NCBI GenBank assembly: GCA_013239625.1
Contig: MU054323.1
Location: 12,593,694 to 12,657,693, forward strand
Length of the DNA stretch: 64,000 bases
From: Lama guanicoe
Taxonomy: Eukaryota
Direction of reading: 5' to 3'
Part shown: in pieces, positions 52,837 to 64,000 of the stretch
Position numbering within the stretch: the stretch's first letter is position 1
Layout: every line of letters begins with the position of its first letter
Notes under the pieces: model-generated
What the model saw: only the letters and a program-made list of their open reading frames with translations
Databases searched by the model: none
Told to the model about the DNA's origin: nothing
Translations under genes and position numbers: made by a program

Positions 52837-53559
52837 GGGAAGTAGTATTTTAAGCTATAATAGATTAGTGTATTCAAAGAATTTGGACAATGAAAATTTC
52901 TTGGAAGTGATCTCATATGATAGGGAATTTATTCAGATGAATTGAAGGACAAGACAGAGCCTGAAACATTAACCACTTTGAAAATTATCCCCCAGTTCTT
53001 TAAGGATTGACTGATCAAGATGTTATTTGAAAAGATGAGATTAATAGCAATAAAGAGGACAGAAAGGTTGATGTTTTAAAATGTATGTATGACAATCCAT
53101 AAAGTAGACTTTTAAAAAGCACTGCAGACTGTAAATCAAATGGATTTGACACTGTTTTATGTGTATATTCAAATAGCATAAAGCTCTTTTTCTCATGGAG
53201 AAACACTGAGTCTTGAAAAAAATCTACAATTAATGAATGTTGCAAGTTAACTTTAAGTAATGTTAATAATATACTGAAAGTAAATTTGGTGCAGCTGTCT
53301 GTGATTAAAATTTGGAAATAGACTATACACGTAAAAATATATACATATTATATGTACATATATACTAATATTTATATGAAACAAGGAAACAGGGTCCCTA
53401 CTGCCCATCCTGGCACCACCAGCCACTCCAGAAATGTGGACCACTTTTCCCACAGCTGCAATAGCACTGAGGAATGGGCATGGCAGCTGGTTTGTTCAGG
53501 CCACCCATATGAAAGATCAGCAGGCTCTCACTTAATCAGAGCACTCTTTAGGTTGTTGT

Positions 53560-55950
53560 AAGTTTCTTGTTAGGTTCCAGAATTCTGAAATACTTAATTC
53601 CAGTCACTCTTTCTAGTTCAGCGGTTGCTATGATGGAGGTACTGACCTCTAGTGCTTCACCCCAGAGCTTCCTACTCTGCCATTTGGTATGACGTGACTG
53701 GTACTTGTGTTGACTTTTATTTTTAATACTTTTTTTAGAGTTATCTTTTTAGTGATTTATCACAGTCTACTTCAGAATAATACCAACTTAATTCTAGTAA
53801 AATAGAGAAACTTTGCTCTAAGCTTTCTCTTCCCCATCTTTGTGCTACTGTTGTCTTATATATTGCATTTAGATGAATTATAAATCCAACCAAAAAGTGT
53901 TACTTTATTTTTAAAAAAGTCTTCATTTTTTAAAAAAGTTAACAAAGAAGTGAGAAATACATATATAATGTTCACCTACTTACCGTTTCTAGTACCCTAT
54001 TTTTTTTTTCTTGTGAATTTGGTGTTCATCACTTCTTTCATCACTAAAAAAAAAAGACTTCCTTCAGTACTTATGGTAAGGCAGATCTGCTAGCAAAGAA
54101 CCCAGTCTCTGTTTATCTGAAAATGTCTTTATTTCACATTCATTTTTGAAGAGTGGTGCTGTATGTAATATTATTGATTGACTGTTCCTGCACGTTATTC
54201 TAGTTCCTTCTGGCCTTCATTGTTTCTAAGGAAGCTGTAACCAGTTTGCATTGTAGTTCCCATGCCTATGATGAGTTGTTGGCTGCTTTCAAGATTTTCT
54301 CATTGATCTTGACTTTTAGCAGTTTGAATATAATGTATGCATCTGTAGATTTTGTATTTTATCCTACTTGAGAGTCATTGAACTGATTAGATTTGTAGTG
54401 AAATGTTTTTTTAATCAGATTTGGGAAGTTTTAGGCTACTATTTCTTCAAAAAATTTTTTCTATACTTTTCTCTTTCTGGATTTCCCAGTAAGTGTGTGC
54501 TCTTATACTTGATCTGTCCCATAGGTCTCTGGAGCGCTTTTTTTTTTTTTTTTTTTTTTTAATATTTTAAAAAAAACTTATTTATTTATTTATTTTGGTG
54601 GGGAAGGCAATTAGGTTTATTTATTTATTTTTTTAACAGAGGTACTAGGAATCAAACCCAGGACCTTGTGCATGCTAAACATGCACTCTACCACTAAGCT
54701 ATACCCTCCCATCTGATGTGCTTTTGACTTTTAAAATCTTTTCTGTTACTCTGATTGGTTAATTTCTATTGATTTATCATTATTTATGAGAATTCTTAAG
54801 GTTTACCCTTAACGACTTTCATATATAACACACAACTGTTGATCTATTTTTATTTCACTGTTTCCTTCTGTTGCGGTCTTAAATCTGCATTGAGTTGCTC
54901 TAGTAAACTTTTTATTTTAGCTATGTCACTTTTCAACTCTAAGAATTCCCTTTGGTTCTTTTAAAATAATTTCTATTTCTTTGTTGGGATTCTTTATGTG
55001 TCAAGTCATGTTTACCATTTGTTCTTTAATTCTCTATACTTGGTTTCCTTTTATTCTATAAAAATATTTACAGTAGTGTCTTTGAAGTCTGTCTGCTAAG
55101 TCTAAATCTGGGCTCTCAGAAATAGTTCTCATTGATTTTGTTTTCTTGAGTGGGGGTCATTCTTTCTTCACAAGTCTTATAATTTTTAATTTAATGCTGG
55201 ACATTTTAAATAACACTGTAAAAACTCTGGATTCTGATTTTCCCCTCTCTGGAGGTCTGTGTTGCATTAGTTGTTTGAAAGCCTACCTGGACTGAATCTG
55301 TGAAATCTATTTCTTTTGCAGTGAGTAGCCACTGATGTTTCTTTCATTTTTTTTCCTCCTCTGTTTTTTATTTTTTAAGACTTGTTTCTTATTTGTTGCC
55401 TCTTTGTCCACATAGTTTAGTATTCAGCCAAAGATTTTTATAATTGGTTGTGACCAAATACCTTTACTGGTAAGGTTGTGTTCAAGTGTGCCCTGGCTTT
55501 TATTTTCTTTATTTTTATTTTTTGTTGTGCCTTTTCAGGTCTTTTTTGCATAGGCACCGGGGCTTAGCTACTGGCAATGTGTTGATGTCATAGCTTTTTG
55601 TTCTTTGCTACACATATGTGTAACCACTGATCATTGTGGGATATAGGGAAAGTTTACCAAGCCCCCTGTATTTCTCTCACTTTTTGTAATTCTGTGTTAA
55701 ATAAATGGTTACTTCTAGTGATTTGCTGGCCCAGACAGGATCTTGACTTTGGAAAGTAGAGTTGATGGGCCTTTTCGCCACTGAACCACTTTAAGCAGAC
55801 AAGCTTTCCAAATCCAGTGAGCCCCCAGTAGGAGTAGGAGGAAATCTGTTGGTTTTCATGGTTTAACTCACCCTTGTTAAATGATAGTTTTGTCTAGCTT
55901 TATAGTTGCTTTTCAGGAATAGGATTTATGTGTTCTTTATTCTTTTATGT
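53560..55950 (-). mobile_element. Ancient L1 5'/ORF1-region fragments
   Basis: Antisense L1M-like text such as GAAAATGTCTTTATTTCACATTCATTTTTGAAG, similar to 25670-25720. Confidence 0.6.
54538..54710 (-). mobile_element. tRNA-Ala-derived SINE (Vic-1-like)
   Basis: AAACCCAGGACCTTGTGCATGCTAAACATGCACTCTACCACTAAGCTATACCCTCCC with a long poly-T tail. Confidence 0.87.
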
Positions 55951-56550
55951 TGGAAGTGACTCTTCAGATATTCTTGTTAGAATATATACTTTTATCCATT
56001 GTTTTTTTTCCCTTTGATCTTAAATATTTGCTAAGCTTGATTTCCATTTTTTTCTGTGTTAGAAATATGAGAAATAGAAGCTTGATTTGGTTTCATTTCA
56101 TTGTGAATACTTCAAAAAAATTGAGAATCTTTGTTCAGTTTTGTTACTGCTATGATTAAGGGATTGAGCTGTGGATCCCAATATAGTTAGTGCATTAATT
56201 TCCTCATCTGTAAAGTGGCCACAGTATTCCCCCCTACCTTCAGGGTTTTTGTGAAGACTAAATGAACTGATTTAAGCATTTGAAATAGTGTCTTACACAT
56301 AGTAAGTACTAGATAAATAACCACTTTTACATATGTTTATGTATTTGCCATTTTCTTCATTAAATTTAATTTTCAGTTTGTAATTCTTTGACAATTTGAT
56401 TTCTAAATTCTTGGAGATATCATTTTGGTAGACTTTATTTGCCGTTTGAGTGATACTGAAATAAATTAAGTTTCTTAACTAAGTAGTGTACATTTTCATG
56501 CTTACCTGTTTTACATGTATCTATGTTGATGGAATTCTACTACACCATAG

Positions 56551-56700
56551 GTGGTGAACTTCATTTTCTCCAAATTGGAGGAACCTGTGATGATATTGAT
56601 GAAGCTGATATACTAGTGGATGGATCTCTTTCTAAAGGAATAGAACCATCTTCAGAAGGTTCCAAACCTTTATCAAATCCTTCAAGTCCTGGCATTTCAG
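56551..56700 (+). CDS. BIRC6: BIRC6 exon 11 (GGELHFLQIGG...SSPGIS)
   Basis: Acceptor caccatag|GT, donor TCAG|gtatga. 150 nt. Confidence 0.95.
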
Positions 56701-56889
56701 GTATGATACTAAGTTTTTTTTAATGATTTTTTAAAAGTGCAAATTCTTGTGATGTTTTCTGAATCTTATATACTCTTAAAACATTATTTCATTTTAGATT
56801 CAGTTCTTGGTTCTATGAGAGTTCATTTCCTTATTGACTTTTTTTTTTAACCAGGCTTTTTTTTTTTTTTTGGTTTTTTTTTTCTTTTT

Positions 56890-57166
56890 NNNNNNNNNNN
56901 NNNNNNNNNNNNNNNNNNNNNNNNNNNNNNNNNNNNNNNNNNNNNNNNNNNNNNNNNNNNNNNNNNNNNNNNNNNNNNNNNNNNNNNNNNNNNNNNNNNN
57001 NNNNNNNNNNNNNNNNNNNNNNNNNNNNNNNNNNNNNNNNNNNNNNNNNNNNNNNNNNNNNNNNNNNNNNNNNNNNNNNNNNNNNNNNNNNNNNNNNNNN
57101 NNNNNNNNNNNNNNNNNNNNNNNNNNNNNNNNNNNNNNNNNNNNNNNNNNNNNNNNNNNNNNNNNN
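56890..57166. other. Assembly gap (277 N) flanked by poly-T
   Basis: Run of N in intron 11. Confidence 0.99.
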
Positions 57167-58026
57167 TTTTTTTTTTTTTTTGGTATTATTTATCATTTTC
57201 TCAGTAGTTGGAAAATGTTGTAAACATTAAAATAAGAAATGATTCTCAACCTGTGGTAGGTTGACGAGTATTAATGAAGTTACCTAAGAAGTAAAAACAT
57301 TATTTTGATCATTAAGGAGCTTTTGGTCTAGTTAGGGAGGAACAAAACATGTGAAAGAGAGGAGAGTTCATTAAATAAGTGTAAAGTGAGTGGAATGGCT
57401 AATACTACTGGAATCAAAAAGCTGGAAAAAAAAAATCATCCCCGTAGGGTGATATATTCGAACGCTCATTGCCCCACTGTGAACCTTTTAGATAGGTTTA
57501 TTTCTATTTGTTGTTTTTGCCTTTTCTCCCATCTATGTTCTATGCTGCCCTCCAGAACTAGTTTTTCAAAATGTTATCCCTACTTAAAAATCTTTATTTA
57601 CTTTGTGGACTAGTAACACTAGTCTTCTCAATCTCTAGTTATGGCAAACTTTTCATGGTTTCTTAAGGGTATAATTCAGTTTCATGCTCTTCACATATTA
57701 CACTAAACTCTTTCCTTACCTTTTATGCCATGCCCTTTTGTACTTCCATTGCACTGTTACATTTTACTTTTAGCACTTAGACATTTTATTCCCCAAAACT
57801 AGCATTTAAAAGAAATTTAATGAATCTTCAGTGAAAAAGAATATTTAAACTCAAGCATATTCCAAATATAATACATAAAGCTGATTTTTGTCTTCATGGG
57901 TACTTATATTTGGGCTTTTGTTATTCTTCTTTGCACCAAAGGCAAACTTTTAATGATTACTAGCATAATACACTTAATTTTAGTTGTATTAGTATAATAC
58001 ATGACATTCATCACAACTTTATATGT

Positions 58027-58206
58027 CAGAGCTTCTCAACCTCAGCGCTGTTGACATTTCAGACTAGATAATTTTTTTTGTTGTGGGAGGACTGTCCTGT
58101 GCTGTATTAGCAGCATCTCTGGCTTTTACCTACTAGATTCTAGTAGCACATGTAATTGCCCCCATCCAGATGGCTGATGAGAGGCAACATTGTCCCCTGG
58201 TTGAGG
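58027..58206. mobile_element. MER20-like hAT-Charlie relic
   Basis: TTCTCAACCTCAGCGCTGTTGACATTTCAGACTAGATAATT...GGACTGTCCTGTGC...TAGCAGCATCTCTGGC...CCCCTGGTTGAG. Confidence 0.75.
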
Positions 58207-59269
58207 TAAACTGACTCATGTCTCTTGCCATGTGTAATTAGATTTGATTGTCTCGATTAACTTCACAAGTTTGTTAAAAAGCAAAAGTTCTGAATATTTT
58301 CATTTTATAGGATATTGGTATAATAATTTTCATGTAAAGTCTGTAGAAATACTATTTAGTAAAGATGAATTGGATTATAAAGAAGTGAGTAATGTAAAGG
58401 AGGAACATGGATATGCTGTTAATGTTTACAAACAACATTTAATACAGTTTCAGTCAGATTTTAAAGAGCTCTAAGCTTTGAGGAAAAATGTAATTTGAAG
58501 TACACCTGTAATAATTTTATAGAACTCAGTGTACATTTTCTTTGTGAAGCTATTCTAAACTTACCAGATTTTGTATTTTAGCCTTTTTAAAAACTTACTT
58601 TTGTTCTTTGGAACAAGAACAGCAGTCTTTCAGCTTTGTCTTATGTTAGGCATTTTACAGATGTGAATACATGTATTTGTAAAAGCAAGCTAATCTCTTT
58701 GAAGCAGATTGTTACTCTTATAATACTAGTATGTATACAAGATACTCTTAACTACTACAGAAGTTGAAAAAAATACCATTTTTAAAGTATTTTTAAGCTT
58801 TTTGTTTGTAAGTAAGTATTTGGTTGCCATCAGTATAGCTTTGACTTAAAAAATATTTAATAAAGTAAAAATAGGGCAGATGTTATATGCTTGCTGATGT
58901 TTAATTTAGCATTTTGTTTTGTAAATAACAAAGTGTAAGAGTTATCAATCTGCTATAAGTTTGGCTTGCATTTCAGCACCACCACTTTTGTTGTTCTTAT
59001 TAACGTGGGGCTTGTTAAAGCTCACTCAGGGCTCTTCTAACAGGTTGGGTCTGGGTTTCTCCAATAGAGTACCCTTTCTATAATTTAAAATTTTCAAGAT
59101 GGATTTTTCTTATGCCTATCATGTAGTCAGTGCTTGTTACTTTAGTTGCATGTCATGATCAACTTTCAGGATATTCAGTACATGTTGTAATTGACTAGAG
59201 AAAAAACATGAATTAAAAACTTCTTTTTTAAAAAAACCTATTTCAAATTCTACATTCACTATTGTTAAG

Positions 59270-59495
59270 GAGTTGATTTATTGGTGGACCAGCCATTCAC
59301 CCTTGACATCCTAACATCTCTAGTGGAGCTAACCCGCTTTGAGACTTTGACCCCACGGTTTTCAGCTACTGTTCCTCCATGTTGGGTGGAAGTTCAACAA
59401 GAACAGCAGCAAAGGAGACATCCTCAACACTTGCATCAGCAACATCACGGAGATGCTGCTCAGCATACTAGGACTTGGAAACTACAGACTGACAG
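59270..59495 (+). CDS. BIRC6: BIRC6 exon 12 (GVDLLVDQPF...QQRRHPQHLHQQHHG...KLQTD)
   Basis: Acceptor ttgttaag|GA, donor AG|gtaaac. 226 nt. Confidence 0.95.
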
Positions 59496-59749
59496 GTAAA
59501 ACATTCTTCCAAGGTTTTTATTTTAATTTTAAGTGCATCTAATATATTTGTTAGAAGCAACACAGAATTATTTTATATGTGTATGTTACTCTTTCTCTTA
59601 ACTTTTGCATGTTAATAACTTGATTCCTTTTATTTGTCACCTTAACTTTAGAAATTCCTATATTCTTATTCTTAGTTGTAGGATAAAATATTGAAAGTAA
59701 TCCATCATTGCAGTTAGTTTGTTAAATAAATTTATAGATTGAGTGACCA

Positions 59750-60700
59750 AATATTTAAATGCTTGATTTGTGCAGACACTTTTGTGAGCACTAGTAATAT
59801 GACTTTTGTGAAATTTATATTCTGGTGCGGATAGCTAGACAGTAAGCAAATTACCTGCTGTGTCATATAGTCATAAAAGCTCTGAAACATGTCAAAATAG
59901 TATGGTGATAGAGTAGTTGTTGGGTGTGTAAATGTGTGAGAGATTGAGAGAAGGAGAGAAAAATATGTGTGATATTTTTATATAAGGGTCCTGAGAAAGG
60001 CCTCCATGAAGACATTAATCCAAAGGCAGTAGCATGTACAAGACCCTGAGAGGTATGTTTTACGAATTCTAGTAGGAGCAAAAAGACTACTATTGGAGTT
60101 AAGTGAACATAGGGGAGAGTGGTAGGAGGTAAGATCAAATGAGGTAGTTGGTAGCTAGATTGTCTTTGTTGTTCATAGTAAGACTTCTCTGCTGAGTGAG
60201 GTGGGAAGATGTTAGATGGTTTTGAATATAGGAGTGATGTGCTACAATTTATTTTTTAGAAGGATACGGTAAGACTACTGTGTTGACAGTGGGTTATGAA
60301 TGGTTGTGGTGTCTATATTGGGGGGACAGTGATAGAAGCAACAATTTTAGTTTGAATGCTGTTGTGATAATTCAGGTAATTGTGGTGGTAATGATAACTT
60401 GGACCATGGTGATAGTTTATGGAGGCAGTGAAGACTGGTCAGATGGAGTTTGGAGGTAGAAGAAATGGTACATGCTAATGAGCCTCTGGTGGGAGAGAGA
60501 ATAGTTAAAGATGGCTAATGTTTGGATTGAGCTAATTGAAAAATGAAATTTCTGTTTACTGATATTGGAGTTGATAATCAAGTTTGGGTTTATTTATGAT
60601 AGTTTTGAGATATCTGGTAGGCATTTGGATATGAGTTTGGAATTTAGTAGAGGAGCATGGTTTGAAGATTTTTATTTTTCAGCATGTATATAGAATTTAG
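59750..60700 (-). mobile_element. L2 LINE relic (others at about 1960-2520 and 16650-17460)
   Basis: Purine-rich L2-type text such as TGAGTGAGGTGGGAAGATGTTAGATGGTTTTGAATATAGGAGTGA. Confidence 0.6.
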
Positions 60701-61104
60701 AATCAAAATGGGCATGTATAAGAAATACATGAAGTTCTTATTTTAAAATACAAATTCCTGTGACACCTCCCCACCCTCTTAGATTTTGGGTGGGGCCCAT
60801 GAATCTGCACATAATTTTGATGCACAATAGTCCCCACTTAGAGGAACAAGGGTTTATTGGAATGTACAATTCCCAAGACAGTAATGTAGATTCCTGAGGT
60901 AAGATTATTCATTGCCCTAAGTCTGCCCTAAGTTTCTCTATTGAGAAATCTTTCTCAGTAGAACTGCTTATCTTTTTTCCTAATCCTATTAAGAAGCATG
61001 AAATTTTGTGGAGGTTGCAGAGTGTATGAAAGGTGACATTAGTAATAAGATGGTTATGACTGAAGAAAGATTTTCGCTTTATTTATAATTTTTTTCCCTT
61101 ACAG

Positions 61105-61265
61105 CAACAGCTGGGATGAACATGTATTTGAATTGGTTCTGCCTAAAGCTTGTATGGTTGGACATGTGGACTTCAAATTTGTTTTGAACTCAAACATCAC
61201 CAATATTCCACAAATACAAGTGACACTGCTGAAAAATAAAGCTCCAGGCTTAGGGAAAGTCAATG
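61105..61265 (+). CDS. BIRC6: BIRC6 exon 13 (NSWDEHVFELVLPK...GLGKVN)
   Basis: Acceptor ttttcccttacag|C, donor ATG|gtaaga. 161 nt. Confidence 0.95.
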
Positions 61266-62348
61266 GTAAGAATGAATCAAAATTTACATTTGAAAATTTT
61301 ATCTGGTTGGTTTAAAAAAACAAAAAGAAAACTGATTTTCAATTTGACTGTCTAGGTTTGATGTCCCTTCTTGCCCCCTCGCCCACATGCTGTTTTCCTG
61401 CTCTACTTTTTGTGGTTTGATTTAGAAAAGTTAATTCAGAGAACATTTAAGAGCTTTTCAGTTACTCATTGTTGTTTAGTGTTGTACAATCTTAATTTAA
61501 TTTTGCTTTCTGGGAAATGCAGTTAGTTCTTTTATGAGTTAGTTTCACTTTCAGCATTACTAGTTCTCTTTGTAAGAGGAGACTTGGTTGGGAAAAGAAC
61601 TTTGTTATGGATGTCACATACTCTTTGAAGGTTATTATAAAACCCAACCTCTCATGTAATGCCAGAAGTATACCCATTTTTATTTACCTTTCTTGCAAGC
61701 TCAGAATTTCATATATTGAGATATTAAAATGGATTGTACATATTTAGCATATCGGAAACTAGATGTTATTTCTCAGTGTTTTCTCCTTAATAGGTTAATT
61801 TAAAAGACTGAGGATAATTAATAAAGAGTAAATTGGCTGTTTCACACTAGGGATAAAAACTTTGAAACAAGAAACATTTCCTATTTCACAAATGTGTATG
61901 TGTGTATTTGTGTATATATATGTTTTTGTATACATATGTGTGTATTTTGTGTGTGTGTATGTGTTCTTTTGAATCATGACAGATTCTATTTAACTGGGGA
62001 TAAGGACTTAGGTATTGGTATTTTTAAAACTGTGCAGTTGCTGTACTGTGCAGCCTAGGGTAAGAACTCTTAGTTAAGTCGCCAGCAAATTATTTCTTCA
62101 GGTGAATATTTTACTATCATTAAAAGTGAGAAGAACTTATGAAACAATTCATTGAATCTGATTTTCTTCCTCTCCTAACAACCATTTTACAGCATCTGTG
62201 ATGAAAATCACTGTAGTTCCCAGTTTTACAGAAAATTTTAGAATTTTAGGCACATAAATCATTGATTTTAAGCAAAATTAAGTTTACTAATATTTTTATC
62301 CTCTAGAAACAGCAGTAGATAGGCAGATCACCTTTCCTTTGTCTCCAG

Positions 62349-62438
62349 CTCTTAACATTGAAGTGGAACAAAATGGGAAACCGTCCCTGATTGATTTGAA
62401 TGAAGAAATGCAGCACATGGATGTAGAGGAATCACAGT
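62349..62438 (+). CDS. BIRC6: BIRC6 exon 14, short form (ALNIEVEQNGK...DVEESQ); an in-frame upstream acceptor would start it at 62307
   Basis: Acceptor cctttgtctccag|CT, donor CAGT|gtgagt. 90 nt. Confidence 0.92.
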
Positions 62439-62919
62439 GTGAGTTAAATTATAGAGCTGTTGTCCATGACAGTAAAAGGAGTAGTGATCCAAATGCATCA
62501 TTTTGGGCAAAGATTTCCTTATGGCTTGCAAAAACTTGGTTTTAAGAACACAATTAAAAATAACCTATAATTCTGCTTTGGCAGTATGCTCTAACTTTCA
62601 GCTCATCTTTGTGAACACAGCTGCGCTAATACTTACATTCTTGTTTTTTAATATCTCGGGATTTGAAATCATAGTTTTGTTTTGTTTTTTTTTGAAAATC
62701 AAGGTGAATGTAAATAATGTGGGCATGAAAAACAACATAATATATCAGATAATTGATTATAATTCCTTGATATGATAGTGAATTCTTACTTGAATATGTT
62801 CTAAGTGTGGAATTTTGTGTGGTGGTGTTATATGTAAATGGGATGGATATTTGCTTGTTCAATATTGCATTTTAAATTATATGCTAATTTAAAAGAAAAA
62901 TCTGTGTTTTTCTTTTTAG

Positions 62920-63051
62920 GTCTTAGATTATGTCCATTTTTAGAAGATCATAAAGAAGACATTCTGTGTGGTCCAGTATGGCTTGCTAGTGGCCTTGACC
63001 TATCAGGGCATGCTGGGATGTTGACATTAACAAGCCCCAAACTTGTTAAAG
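62920..63051 (+). CDS. BIRC6: BIRC6 exon 15 (CLRLCPFLEDHKED...SPKLVK); gene continues beyond the window
   Basis: Acceptor tttttctttttag|GT, donor AAAG|gtgaag. 132 nt. Confidence 0.93.
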
Positions 63052-64000
63052 GTGAAGTAACATATTTTACAAAAGTAGGATTAATAACGCCATAGTTGTA
63101 AAAGTAGATTAAAAAAATGATTTCAGAAAAGTAAGATTTTTGGCAGAGGTGTAGGGGACTTTTTGTTAGCAATTCCATTGGTTTCCTGGTAGCTGAAGTG
63201 ATTTCCTCTCATAAGTGACTATTGTTATGTGAAACTGTAGATCCTACTTTCTGTGTCTTGAAGTCTCAGTGCTTTTGAAAAAAGTATAAAAAGTGAATGC
63301 AGAATGACTTAGCGTGACATAACAATTCTTCCGAATAACCAGACACCATGTTCTGGCATGTTTGCTTTTTCCATTAATTTAGAGTCGTGTATCTTCAGAT
63401 GTTTTTATATATGACTATATATATATATTATATATTGTCATATAGAACACACATTTATCTTCTCTTAAAGGGTAAGTTTTTATAGAGGAGTTTTGAAAGT
63501 ATCAGAGGTAATGATTTGAATGTCTCAAACACAAACTGATAATTAATGTATATTTAAAAATTGGCCATTTTATAGATATTAGATATTGCAGTAGTAGGAC
63601 ATTTATTTCACCTTTGCATCCCAGGGGTAGATATAAAAAGCCAACAAATGAGACACTTCGATTATTAAAGTATATTTGGAGGTGGGGTAGGATGTAGAGA
63701 TCCTTCCCCAAACCAAGGAAGTACCTGACCACCTAAATAACTATCTTAATTTGTTTGTCCCTATTCACACATTTACATTTAGTTGCAGGCATAGTATTTA
63801 TATAAATTTGAATGTACTCCCTTGACTTGCATCTTATTCATCAAGTTCATGAGACCCTATGATGTATTAGGGTACATACTGGGCTACAGTGGTAAGCAAA
63901 ACAAAAAAATCTCTTCTCATATTGCTGAGAGTTTAAGTTTTGTTGAATGAGAGTGTGACACTTAAAATTTTATATGAAAATTAAACTGTTGGCTTTGACA

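Noticed and set aside
20600..54710. tRNA-Ala genes
   Set aside because: These are SINE heads with diverged stems, A/T-rich tails and TSDs.
56831..57223. ORFs of 121 and 129 aa
   Set aside because: Artefacts of translating through the N gap.
1..64000. Prokaryote-type systems (CRISPR, operons, defence islands), intronic snoRNA or miRNA, or a second protein-coding gene
   Set aside because: The window is mammalian intron/exon and repeat sequence. I found no arrays, no convincing C/D or H/ACA box pairs and no other coherent coding signal. An Rfam scan would be needed to fully exclude small RNAs.

Overview
Mammalian genomic DNA. It is AT-rich and repeat-dense, with one CpG island and a 277-N assembly gap. 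The window holds about 9.7 kb of upstream intergenic sequence, then the CpG-island promoter and first 15 coding exons of BIRC6 (BRUCE/Apollon, the giant IAP with E2/E3 activity) on the + strand. The gene continues past the right edge. I spliced the exons by hand at GT-AG junctions into one stop-free frame of 3631 nt (about 1210 codons), which includes the complete BIR zinc-finger (exons 5-7). Seven tRNA-Ala-derived SINEs resemble the camelid Vic-1 family, suggesting an alpaca, vicuna or camel genome (inference). The rest is L1, L2, MIR, MaLR and hAT relics plus a decayed ERV-L provirus in intron 3. The most notable items are a U6 snRNA/L1 chimeric retrocopy, an in-frame alternative acceptor adding 14 aa to exon 14, dual in-frame start codons, a candidate poison exon in intron 1, and a 49-bp L1 insertion with a perfect 14-bp TSD. 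I found no convincing evidence of a previously undescribed biological system. Repeat family names come from recalled consensus similarity, not a search, and repeat boundaries are approximate.
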